A stretch of 59,385 nt of DNA, counting the filler, from Dimargaris cristalligena (Eukaryota), in NCBI GenBank assembly GCA_003614675.1. It is 2 parts of 2 records of this genome, joined end to end, with 100 filler letters (N's around TTAATTAATTAA, not from the genome) between each part and the next. Parts side by side here need not be neighbours in the genome. Positions count along the whole stretch, not along the records: positions 29,782 to 59,385 come from ML002479.1; 1 more part is not named here. One strand, written 5' to 3'. The position numbers were made by a program, and so were the translations under genes. Positions 36,195-47,312 of the stretch are shown here, piece after piece; positions within the stretch are counted from its first letter, which is position 1; the number at the start of each line of letters is the position of its first letter. Under the pieces are notes generated by a model. That model made no database searches. It had not been told where the DNA came from and saw only the letters and a program-made list of their open reading frames with translations.

Positions 36195-36690
36195 GGCGGT
36201 CCCCGCCATTTCAATAAAATTCGCATTTTCTCGACAGCTGAAGTGGCATGTTGGGATGGAATGGGTCTAATGGTACAGGGTAAAATGGTATCCCTTGCCG
36301 GTAGTTACAATTGCTCAGTAACAATGGGGTGATAAATGCCGAAACCCTAAAGTAAAAGCCCAGATCTGACTACGCCTGTCTAGAGGCCCGGTAAGCATGG
36401 AACCACCAGCCCGTTGTCGTATAGCACTGACTCTAATGAATGGAATGCTCTTCCTTATCCCGCCCTTGGCTTTTTTGATACTGTGAAACCGTCTAGTGAT
36501 AGCCCACCGGAAAGTCCCCTAGATGGAGGTAGATGTTTTTCTTAATTTTTCGGTCAATCGACCTCCACTCAAGTAAATACATTTGTTTGAGTTTCCAAGT
36601 AGTGGATTGTAGCAGCAGCCCCCCATGAGGTAAACATATGGAGGCATCATCGCCCCCCTCTTGGTCATAAGTTCCACTGACACAGATTAT
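36195..36690 (+). repeat. Dispersed repeat, copy A (inverted relative to ~54775-55273)
   Basis: Near-identical to the reverse complement of copy B; identity decays toward 36690. Confidence 0.93.
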
Positions 36691-38182
36691 GAAATATCAT
36701 ACTGTATATATCACTTCCAGAAAAAAAATCGGAATACCCCCAGCCATTTTTGTCATTTGCATTGACCTGCTTAGACAGTACAATTGTATGACCGTCCATA
36801 TTGATGCACTACATACTTACTTTTTCAGACTACTAGTATGACCCATTTCTAAAAGCCATCCACACATTTCCCCTGGCTTTGATATATTTTAAATCCGTAG
36901 CCCTCTCCTCCAACATTTAACTTAACCAAGATTTAATTGCCCGATAATAGTAAAATCTGCTGGCAATAGTATTCTACTTACTCTCTTGGTTGAATATATT
37001 GCTAAGCAGTACATGTCGTCAATAATGGCGATAATAAAGACCCCGATGTTTGCCGATATGGTAGCCTTATGGTTAAGCAAGTCCCCCATCCCTTTCCAAA
37101 GCTATTCCCAGTAACCTTATGACTGGGTCCCTGGCTAAAGGGTTGCGATGCTTCAAGGACGCCATTTTTTTCCTTACTCGCTACCATGCGACTTCCAGAG
37201 ATATCCTTATCCATCTGCACATCACACATGGCATACATCAAATGCCAGTATCTACAAGAGGAGAGACTCGGTACCACCTCCCTAATCTCATAAAAATTCG
37301 GCGCGTGAACTTAGAATACCTAGTAAGTCGGAAGACAGCTAGTTGCCAAATATTTTGGTTATTGCAGCTTTGCCCGCCCAGCCCTTCCACCTAATCCCCT
37401 AGCAGTCAGTCGGTTCTATAGCGATTAAAAGATCTGGTAGGTATTTTTCTCGTGCCCTCTGTATCCCCTCTTTGTACTGCGTCTATATAGGCCGCTTAAC
37501 TTACAAAAGGGGTTAAGATATAGCAGCCATTACTTTTATATATATATATTTAGAATAGCTCGGGTATAATTAGGACACGGGTATTACATTAAATATAATG
37601 TCAATCTTCCCTTATAAAATTATTTAACCATTACTTACAGCCATCGACCATTCGGCCTACTATATCCGGTCAGCTGCAGCTAATCGTAGAACACATCTCA
37701 AGCACCAAATCTCACCCCAAAGCTTGAAAGCGAGTAATCGGAATTTCCGGATTTGTGGTCGCCGCGATAGATTTGGTTGATAATGCATGAGAGAAGTTCA
37801 TTCAGGCTGTATAACGAAAAATCCATTGGATGAGACCAAGATTACTGGTTAAAAGCTATTCTCACATATATTCACCCATGCACGTATTATGTAAACCCTT
37901 ATATAGCTGGTTTGAATTTCACCTATATTAAATTAAGCCGCCCAGCAAAAGCTAGCCTTGGCCAACAGCAGTGATTAAAAGTTCATTAATAAAAATAAAA
38001 AAACTTTTTTAAAAAAAATATGAAAATAACACCTGACGCCCCTGGCCTTTTAGGAAAGGTAATAATATTATTAAAAGTATATATAGATTCTTCGGTTTTA
38101 AATGTGTCTTAAGGAGCACAGCCCAAAAAATAAGAATAAAAGAATTCGATGACCAACTTCGCGCACGCCGGACCTACTCACA

Positions 38183-39574
38183 CTAGCGAAGTTTCATCGC
38201 CCTAGACTCGAGCGAATTAGTCCGACCGGGCCGATCCCCATCGGTGCCGGATTTGATAGATTTAGGTTTGGCTTCAAACACCCGCCAGAATTTCAAATTG
38301 TCGTCACTCGACACGGTAGCCAAAGTTTGGCCGTCGGGACTCAGGGCGGTATGCAACACCCGCGTGTCGTGGGCGGGGATATCGGTCATTTTCGTCAGGG
38401 CGGGGTAACTCCACACCGACAATTGGTGGTCGGGGAACCCGTGGGATGACACGAGTTCACGGTACTCGAGGGACCAGCGGATGGACGTGACTTGGGAGCC
38501 CGTGTCGATGGAATGGAGGCGCGCGGCGGTGGTGGTGTTCCAGAAGTGAATGTGGCGGTCGTGGGCTCCGCCGCCGGTGGCGAGGAGGTTGGGTTGCCAG
38601 GGACACCAGGCGACGGCCTTGACGGCGGCCGTGTGGTTGGCTTTGGTGAATTTAGGTACGTGCGAGGACCGCGCGTCCCAAAGATTCACTAAGTTGTCGT
38701 TACCCCCACTGGCCAGGAGGGGAATTCCACTACTGCCACTCCCGCTGGTGCCGGTGGCGCTGTCCGCCCGCCAAGCGAGCCCGCACACCTCGGACGTATG
38801 ACCCAATAGCTCGGCTACTTTGTGCGTTGCTACCCGCACATCGTGGTGCCAAATACTGCCGTCCCGACACCCCGACGATAGAATGTGACTGTCCCAGGCC
38901 AAGGCCCCCACCCGGGCCTGGTGTCCAACCATGGATCGCATTTTCTGCTGAGTATCGGGGTCCCAAATCTGCACATCGCCGTCGCTCAGGCCCACGGCCA
39001 AATACGAGCTATCCGCGGTCCACTGCAGGGAAGCAATATAATCATCGGGACCCTCGAGTTGACACAACGTGGTGACGTCGCCAGACTCGGCGTTCCAAAT
39101 GTACACGGTCTTATCCAGGCCAATGGCCAGTAAATTCGACGATGACCAGTCCAGAAGGTTCAGATAGTAGTCGTCCAACAGGCCGGGGGCGTCCAGGATC
39201 CGTTCGGGGGTGGTAAGGATACGCCGTTTGGAATGGGCACCCGCTCCCCCGGCACCGGCGCCCCCTCCTGGCCGGAGGTGGTTTGGGGTTTGGCAGTAGG
39301 TCTGCCGCAGGTCTTCTTTTTCGTTCGGCGGGGGTTCCGACTTGAAGGCCAGAATCCGTTTGTCGAGGGTAATGCCGCACGCCTTGGCAACTTCTTCTTG
39401 GTAAGCCGATGTGGGGGCGTCCAAACCGGTGGGCTCCGAAGTCGACCCCCGACGGGTCAGGTTAAACTGGGCGGAGGAGACATTCATGGACGACCGATTG
39501 GGAATGAACCGATCGTAGTGGTTGTTGGGCTTCTTGCCCTTTTTTGGAGAAGTGCTGCTGTTGTGGGAGTCCAT
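38183..39574 (-). CDS. CDC20: APC/C activator Cdc20/Slp1
   Basis: C-box DRFIPNR, KRILAFK (Mad2-binding-like), RILDAPGLLDDYYLNLLDWS, WD40 repeats and a C-terminal LR tail. Confidence 0.95.
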   Translation of the reverse strand: MDSHNSSTSPKKGKKPNNHYDRFIPNRSSMNVSSAQFNLTRRGSTSEPTGLDAPTSAYQEEVAKACGITLDKRILAFKSEPPPNEKEDLRQTYCQTPNHLRPGGGAGAGGAGAHSKRRILTTPERILDAPGLLDDYYLNLLDWSSSNLLAIGLDKTVYIWNAESGDVTTLCQLEGPDDYIASLQWTADSSYLAVGLSDGDVQIWDPDTQQKMRSMVGHQARVGALAWDSHILSSGCRDGSIWHHDVRVATHKVAELLGHTSEVCGLAWRADSATGTSGSGSSGIPLLASGGNDNLVNLWDARSSHVPKFTKANHTAAVKAVAWCPWQPNLLATGGGAHDRHIHFWNTTTAARLHSIDTGSQVTSIRWSLEYRELVSSHGFPDHQLSVWSYPALTKMTDIPAHDTRVLHTALSPDGQTLATVSSDDNLKFWRVFEAKPKSIKSGTDGDRPGRTNSLESRAMKLR

Positions 39575-40719
39575 TTTGGTGGAATGCGAAAAGTGAGGGG
39601 GAGGGGGAATAAGAGACAAGGATGACAACGAACCCAATGTGGGGAGGGAGAGGGTCGGAGTAAGCGGTGGGAAAGAGGGAGGTGGGTGTACAGTGTTAAA
39701 GGAGCCCCGTTTGTGCAATAGTTAATGGTGTTGACGGGAACTGATCAGTACGAGAATAGAGAGGGGGTTTCAATCATCCCAGTCGAAAGGCAAGGTCCAA
39801 ATACTAGTAGGGGGCCGGTTTAAACTAAAGGGGTTTAAAGGTCCAAGGAACCAGGGCGAATTGTTGTATAAATGTCCAAAAAGGAATACCAGGTTAAATA
39901 AAACACTATAAAGTAGAAGAGGAAGAACCGCCCAGCTGAGTTGGTACAAGACCCGCTTCCCACTTCTCCTTAGCAATGGACAATGCGTCTAGCGCCCCGC
40001 AAGCAAGGACAGTCATGAAGTACATACACGGTAAAACGAGCGGATTTCACTATCCATACTACCAGCCACAGTGTGAACAGAACCTTTCCATAAATGCAAA
40101 CACAGATCCATTGGCTATCAGCCACTGAACCAGCGCTTCGCATTAAAGTAAACAACCGCCCGATATCATCACGTGCTTAGACAGTCAAAATACATCAGCT
40201 ACCGGCCAACTGATACGATGAAACTCTTAATATACATCCGAATGGGTAGATTAGATGGGCGGCAGTAGATGTATTCTCCAAAGTAATCCTTAAAATGAAC
40301 AAAAGTGTATTGCAATTATATCGCAATGTATGTGTCAAACATTTTATTATAATGGTCCAATCCTAAGCTTATGCCCAGGCATTCCCAGCGGATATAAATA
40401 ATGGATAAACCCTGGATGGTATATGGTGGCTAGGCAAATAGATTATACTTTTCTAGTATAGATCGTCCGAGCCTAAGTACGAATGGTCAGGCAGCCAGGC
40501 TGAACACCTCTAATATGTATTATATAATAGGGCGAGTCAGAACAAATCATTGTAAATACACTGCAGTCCGGACAGGAAGTACCACAACATCTAATCGGAA
40601 TTAGAAATACCTGTTCAGATTGCCATGCCTTTTTAGTAGTATATCTACAACACGCAAAAAATTAGGCTGGGGCAAGTGTATGGCTTTGGAACCAACAAAC
40701 TTAGATATCCAGGTAGCCA

Positions 40720-41370
40720 TTACATTGCCAGTGGTTCCGTTATCCTAGTGTAATCCTCGTCAACATTCTTGAATGTCTCTTGAAGCTTCTCGATCCGCTC
40801 GGCTGGTTCCAGCTCGCTAAGGGCTTCCTAATAGAGTAAATCAACAATAAATAAATACATGGGACCATGGGGAAAGTGGTGAATAAACCATAAAGGATAC
40901 AGGGGGGAGGTGGGCAATTAATAAAATTAGTCGCATGTTCAGAAAGGTGCTTAGGTCGTGCATAAAGGGCTCTCGAATAGCCCAAGAGGGTTTGGATCAT
41001 AGAATAAAATCTTTACGTATGTTCAAAAAAAAAACCTCGCCCACTTACCTTATTTTGGAGATAGAGACGCTTCTTGACTTGGAGGCGATAAGCGCGCTCG
41101 GCTCCATCCACTTCATTATCCTCCAGGTGGATTTTCATTAGCATTTCCAGACAGCGGGCGGCCTGGCGCTGTTGGTAAAAAGAGAAAGGAGGTTGGGTAA
41201 GCAATAAAGAGATAGTGGCAGACCATGGTTAGATGATGAACTCGGTATAACCGTGACAGACTCGCTGCTATGAGGTAGTTTCCGGAGGGCAGTCGGATGG
41301 TCGGGGAAATAGGATTATCATTGTCCACGAAGTTGACCCGAAAGAGGGGCAGCATAGCCGTTGGTATCCG

Positions 41371-41406
<36 letters not shown>

Positions 41407-42611
41407 TGGCCCTATAAAAAGGAGGGTATCTAAGATTGACTTACCTTACTCAGCTTCCACTGGAGCCGGAAACGGTTGAGGAATTCCTGATCAAAAGGGC
41501 CACTGAAGTCCTCGGCGCCACCTTGCTGCAGAATCCGCTTGACGTCCCACTTGTCCCGCAGGTCCGAAAAGGCTTGGTTGGGATCCTCCACCGAAAGATC
41601 AATGACCTTCGGGTCATTGAGACACCGATCATGGATAACCTGGTACATCTCGCTGCCGTGGCCGGCGCCGGCGTACGTGGGGAGAATAAGGAATTGGCTA
41701 ATCCGCGGGCGGACCCGATCGGGGTAGCAGTAGAACCGGTAGACGGTCGAATAGCCAACCAAGGCGTAGCGCGTGACCGGGACGTCTGATTCCGGTAGTT
41801 TGACCGACAACACCCGGAAGAGAAGGTAGATATCCCATTGGGGGTCCTCGTCAATAAAGGAGGCGCCTTCGATGTAAAAGGGCAAGAAACTCTGGATTCG
41901 GCGGTGGTACTCGGGCAAGCCAGGGGTGTTGAAATTGGCGAGATAGAGCTCAAATGATCCATTAGGCGGGTCCTCGGACATACCGGCTGGGTTTGTAGCA
42001 TTTTCCACTACCTCCTCTTCTTCTGCAACGGGTCTTAACACTAATTCGTGTTCGGATTGGGGGAGGGGAGCCTGGTACCGGTGAATACATTCGCCCATTG
42101 GTTTAAATTCGGCGTCGGTCTGCTTAGCGCGAGCCAAGTAGGCCGCCAGGTTCTCCTCGCCGGTGGAGTCGATGGGAACGAACGGGCGGAAAGAATCTAG
42201 GAGAGCGGCGGGGCCGGTGCTGGCGGCCGCGGTCAAACCCACCGGAGCCTGGTCGAGGGTAAATTTGGTGCGTTTGGCGGGTGGAGCGCCGGAGCTATCG
42301 GCGGAGGGGGGAGTCTCCTTCAGAGTAGGGTGGATGGCCTGGTACCGAACGTTCAAGTGGGTACGTAGGGCCGCTTGGGAAAAGTAGACATCGATGGTAA
42401 GGCCTTTGTAACCGAATATTTTTTCATGCTCGCCGAACAGAGGGTAGGTGAATTCGGGTAGGAAGGTAGGGGCCGTTTCCAGGACTTCCTCGGCGTGGTC
42501 AGTAATTGGACGGGTCAGGTTAAGCTGGTGGAACTGCACCGCGTCGTTGCTATCGCACACCCAGGTACTATAGTCTTGGGCCGATTCGGACAGGCCGGCG
42601 GAGCTTGACAT
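40720..42611 (-). CDS. HAT1: Histone acetyltransferase type B catalytic subunit, 3 exons
   Basis: FTYPLFGEHEKIFGYKGL, FYIEGASFID, RPRISQFLILP...GHGS, VEDPNQAFSDLRD and RLQVKKRLY. Introns ~41444-41170 and ~41049-40828. Confidence 0.94.
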
Positions 42612-44215
42612 GGCGAGCGTTGGAAAAATAGAGTAGGCGATAAAGAGGAAAAGTGGAATTCGATACAAACCAAACGGGCTTACGGAGCTTAGGACATCAA
42701 ATAAAAAAGTCCTTAAGGGATCTTCAAATGGAATGAAGGGGGGGGGCAATAGTATAGATTGGGTCTAAGGTTGGAATGGGAACAACATTTAGGCCAGGAC
42801 TTAAAAATACTTATAGGGCCTAGGTAGGTTGCTCTCACTCGAAAAAACACTGCCGCTGGCTAAAGTAAATAAACCCCAGCCCCCAAGAAGCCGTTTCCTC
42901 CTTGTGGTGGGAAATGCAAGAGGCCCAATGCCACCATTCCAATTCAACAAGCGATTAACTGCAGCACCCAGGGAACTTAGGGAGGCCCATTGAAACCCAC
43001 ACACACACTCGCTCTCTCTCCCTCTCTATCGCACTAAAGTTCCTACAACGCGTTCCAAAGTGGTTAACCGAGCTCCAACTCGTCTTTCCTCGCTTTACTT
43101 TATCCAGTTGCTCTGTTTTCTATTGAGAGTCGCAGCCCAAACCGGGAACATGCTTGGTGACTCTTTTCGCCTACAAATTCTGTTTATTGTAAGGATAACC
43201 AACTGGCATCTTACACGTAATAAACAAAGGGTCAGCTGAAAGGAAAGTGACCAAGCAGTGGAACTCGTCGCTAGCCCATTGGCATGGCAATATACACCCC
43301 TCCCTACTCAACTCAATGTATATAATAATCCATATTTATCTCTTTCCAACCGTTTCGCCGGGGTAACTGGGGGTATGTTTGGCGGTACTTGGTCCCACAT
43401 GTTGCTGGGATCAACACGCTATACGTTCTGCCTCGTGCATTCCCTGACATATCGAAGATTTCGAACTACCTCCACTAACTCTGACTCTGACTTTAACCCC
43501 TAGACCCGAAATTGTGACTGCAAATACAGCCCAGTGCCCCCCTTAGTCGCAATGGGTTGGCAGCAGAGAGGAACAACATACCCTCGTTTTGAAAACAGGC
43601 CGTCTCCAGAAAGGTGTAGCCGTGTGCAGAGTGGATCGCCAGGCCATTTCGATGGAGGTAGGCGGTGCCTTTAGTTTTCCTCTCCGCATAAATGCTCAAT
43701 GGCCAAAAGGAGGCTTAGCAGAAGCACCAAAATCATGTTTCCGTCTATTTGATTACCGCTCCAGAGGCGCCGAATAGGGGGGTATGGCCCCTTTTCAACT
43801 GCAGCGACCTTACAAGTTGACGGATTTTACCAAAGAACAAAGAACATGTGGTGGAAGGGTGGATAGTTTGACCTACCAGAGTACACTATTCAAGCGGGTT
43901 TGTATATACATCCCGAATTAAAACCATTGGCTTGTATAGACTCATCTTATACCTGAGGCGCACTCGGTGGACTTGACTAGGCTTTTAACTCTACCATGAA
44001 TATCCGACCACGTCTATAATTACGGGAAAATCCGTTCAGACGGCACTACTGCTTATTCAACCCCAAAGTCCTGCCTCTCCCTACTATCCTGCCACTATTA
44101 TCCCACCCAATTTCTTTATTTTAATACATGATCTACAATAACTAAGAGGGTTGGTGGCTTCATTATCAAGCAATTTATTTCAAAATGTGGATCCCGCCGC
44201 ACTAGCCGGATATCC

Positions 44216-44710
44216 ATGTCCATTCACCATATTCTCCAATCTAGTCCACTTTGCTGTCCCCTTATGGCTTTAGTGGTAGCCACGGTATTGGGTTATTATT
44301 TTCTAGCCAATACCTCACTGACTGCCCCAACCGCTCGATTAGTACGTCGCACCGACACGGCCCGAAAAATAATCCCCGAGAAAACTGTTCCAAATGGAAT
44401 CGCCTATTGGAATGGAAAAGCCAACACTGATGCCCCGCGGTCACCGAAGAGCAGCTCTATTATTACGAAGAACAAAAGGGCCGCTTCTCCGAATTCCCCA
44501 AAGACCCTCTCCCTCCCTACTAGTCCGAAATTACCTCCGAACAAGTCGCCCGCTAACCAATCGAGACAAATCAAACCGTCTGGTACGACAGCCAAGTCCC
44601 GGTGGAGTATGTCCACGAAAGGGGAGAGGGCTATCGTAGCAGCTGGGGAGGGGATCGGAGCCAAACAGAGTTCGCCAAAAGTTAGTACAGTGAAGTCGGG
44701 CAAAAAGTGA
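44216..44710 (+). CDS. Putative secreted/membrane-anchored basic orphan protein
   Basis: Hydrophobic N-terminus, an LVRR dibasic site, then a Lys/Ser/Pro-rich tail. No recognisable domain. Confidence 0.45.
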   Translation: MSIHHILQSSPLCCPLMALVVATVLGYYFLANTSLTAPTARLVRRTDTARKIIPEKTVPNGIAYWNGKANTDAPRSPKSSSIITKNKRAASPNSPKTLSLPTSPKLPPNKSPANQSRQIKPSGTTAKSRWSMSTKGERAIVAAGEGIGAKQSSPKVSTVKSGKK

Positions 44711-44777
44711 CCCGAGCTGCCCAACCCTGCTAGGGCTCATTTGGGAGTTTATACTTACCCCTCCCCCCCAAACACAC

Positions 44778-44812
44778 ACATACATACATACATACATACA
44801 TACATACATACA

Positions 44813-44848
<36 letters not shown>

Positions 44849-44856
44849 TATATATA
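44778..44856. repeat. (TACA)n plus (TA)n microsatellite
   Basis: Visible tetranucleotide run followed by TA repeats. Confidence 0.95.
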
Positions 44857-45535
44857 TTTAAATACCGTACCTCACTTAGGTTTTCGTTTTACTCTATCGT
44901 ATGAACCGTTCCAATCTCGCTTCTTAGCTAGTTAATTGGTCGTTTCATGTATTTTATCGAATTGAATAGCCTTCGCTGACCCTTTTACCAGTTCACAGGG
45001 TGAAACCTATTTTCATTCTCGCTCCATTTATTTTGCCATCAGTGGTATATTTTAATTAGCTATATGTAGAATAAATCAGCTGGTGGGGCTGGGTTGGCTA
45101 TATTTAATCATTGGTTGCTTAATCCACCCATTAGTGTGGCTTTAGTCTATCAGAACAGCACTGCTTTGCAGATAATTGAACCCACAAGGATCTAACTATC
45201 ACGGCCACCCGTGAGGTGTGCTCCAAGTAGTCTTAGTATATTCGTTATGGAAATTGCAAGGTATTGTATTTATTGCCTGGAAGAACAATTACGTAATAAA
45301 ATGGGGGTGGAAGGAAGGTAGTCTTTAAAGTTCCGCGATGTAGTGGAGAGTTAGGGGAAAAAAGTGGAATACACAAGAACGAATGTTAAGAAGAGAAAGT
45401 CAATACAGCATATCCCATAAAGTACCCCCCAAGTAGATGTGGGCCTAACGCATCGCCCAATTCTAAGTTCAACACGCTAGGGGGAGGGGGTCTATACTGG
45501 GAAGCACCACGGCGGGTGCTGGAGTGGTATAAAAG

Positions 45536-46753
45536 TTAGGAATCCGACTCGGAAGCGGCACTGGCCTTTTTCTTTTGGGTCTGGCTACGGGTCTTCGCCG
45601 GCGACACGGAAGCGGTATTGGCGATCGCCTTGGTAGCATCAGCGGCCTTATCCTTTGCTTCGGGATCTTCGGTGCTGAAGGAGAAGAGGTCGCCCAATTC
45701 ACCACGGACGGCGGCGAGAATGACCACCGAGGCGGAGCAGGCGGGGGACAAGTAGAGCAGAGCGGGCTGGGCGGCCTGGAAGAAGTGCATGACAGCCATG
45801 GTAGTCACCAGACCCAGGAAGTAGGCCGTGAAGCAGGCGGTGAAGTAGGGTTTGGCATAAGGGGCGGCGCGCACGGTGGCAGGCACGACGGGCTTGACTC
45901 CGGGGTATCCCAGGGCCTTAAGGGACTGGGCACGATCAAAGGCCAGACTGAGGGCCACAAAGACACCGGGCACGACGATATCACCCAAGCCGAGCATGGC
46001 CATCTTGTACGGATCGGTGGGGGTCATAGTGAGCAGGTTACGGGGCCACAGCACCTTGATGGGACCGTCGAACTTGGTGGCAACCGAGACCATGACTTCG
46101 GTACCGAACACCCAGAAGATATCGTACACGAACAGACCCATCAGCATGATGATACCGGTCTTGAAGGAGTCGAGGCGGATAAGCTGGATGGCGCTGAGCG
46201 AGAAGGCGATACCGAACAGGTTGGAGGCGATCCAGTTCTTGGTCAGGGTATAAAAAGCAGTGATGACCACGGCCAGCACGGCCATGGCCAAGTGCAGGTT
46301 GGTGAACTTGAAGTGAAGCAGCGAGTTGGCGGACTTGGTCAGCTGCAGGTGGTAGCGAGGGAGCCGAAGGCCGGTGACGCCACGGACGATACCGACGAAG
46401 AGTTTGGTCAGAGCGGGCACCCCGATGATGGAGAAGTAGGCGCCGAGCAAGTAGGTGATGTATTCCTTGTTGAGGTACTTGAACACCAGGTACAGACCGA
46501 AGAGCACGCAGGAGCCGTAGACGGGGAACATGTAGGCGTCTTCGGTGGACACGGTTTCGCTCTCGTCGTCGTCGCTTTCATCGTCGGACGAGTCAGACAG
46601 GTCGGCGGACTTCTTGGACTTGGCTTTCTTGGGAGACCGCAGCCGGGGCAGGGCGCTGTACGAGCCGAAGTAGATGGGTACTACGGCCAAGGTAATCAAG
46701 GCGGCGTAGGTCAGTAGTAGACCCGCATCGGGCAGGGTGGTGGACTCGGCCAT
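45536..46753 (-). CDS. HM13: Signal peptide peptidase (GxGD intramembrane aspartyl protease)
   Basis: YDIFWVFGT, LGLGDIVVPG and QPALLYL motifs; multiple TM segments; ATG at 46753. Confidence 0.95.
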   Translation of the reverse strand: MAESTTLPDAGLLLTYAALITLAVVPIYFGSYSALPRLRSPKKAKSKKSADLSDSSDDESDDDESETVSTEDAYMFPVYGSCVLFGLYLVFKYLNKEYITYLLGAYFSIIGVPALTKLFVGIVRGVTGLRLPRYHLQLTKSANSLLHFKFTNLHLAMAVLAVVITAFYTLTKNWIASNLFGIAFSLSAIQLIRLDSFKTGIIMLMGLFVYDIFWVFGTEVMVSVATKFDGPIKVLWPRNLLTMTPTDPYKMAMLGLGDIVVPGVFVALSLAFDRAQSLKALGYPGVKPVVPATVRAAPYAKPYFTACFTAYFLGLVTTMAVMHFFQAAQPALLYLSPACSASVVILAAVRGELGDLFSFSTEDPEAKDKAADATKAIANTASVSPAKTRSQTQKKKASAASESDS

Positions 46754-47312
46754 CCTAGTCTGGAAGGATAGTTGAGGGGGGAAGGGGGAGTAATAAAGAA
46801 AGAGGAGGATAGGAACTCTAGGGGCTGGAGGAGTATGGTATGTTCCAATGCAGCGGTATAATAAATAGAAGAGACGTGTAGAACAGGTCGGAGGCGAAGC
46901 AGCGACCCTAAATACCAACGCGACGAGCTCCGAACGAGCGCGGCCCCCTAAAATTCAAGGGGTGATGTGCGGCAGAGCAAGGGGATTAGCGCGCTGACTT
47001 GGTTCTCGCTGTGCACCAAGCGCGGTAATCTTAATTTGCCGCCCGACATGGCGGGTCGTTATTGGTGCGAATAGAATATAAACCCAGACCAGCCATGGGA
47101 AAATCCACCCATCATTTTTACCATCTATACGATGGCCCTTCCCCTCCTATATGCGCATATCATCCATCATCAACCCTGTGTCAAACTGTTGCTCCCTCTC
47201 CCGTACTGTGTCCCAAGGCCAATACCCATTGTTTCTATAGGCGTCTCTCTCTAGTTTTCCGCTCGTCGTTCAACCCATGCACCGTCTAGCCCTTTCCTCG
47301 CTTCGTCCCATC

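Noticed and set aside
36508-36520. GGAAAGTCCCC resembling RNase MRP CR-I
   Set aside because: No matching CR-V downstream, and copy B differs at this site.
40892-40900. Perfect GTATCCTTT (minus strand) inside HAT1 intron 2
   Set aside because: The canonical GTAAGT donor gives the correct protein and there is no U12 branch site near the acceptor.
6648-42611. Co-location of POLD3, RTT109, CDC20 and HAT1 as a replication/chromatin cluster
   Set aside because: Interspersed with unrelated genes. Only isolated short motifs were seen (e.g. ACGCGT at 43048), which is compatible with chance.
45575-46717. 380-aa ORF antisense to signal peptide peptidase (and similar antisense ORFs over RGP1, NAPE-PLD and VPS23)
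   Set aside because: Shadow ORFs expected from GC-rich codon bias; no motifs.
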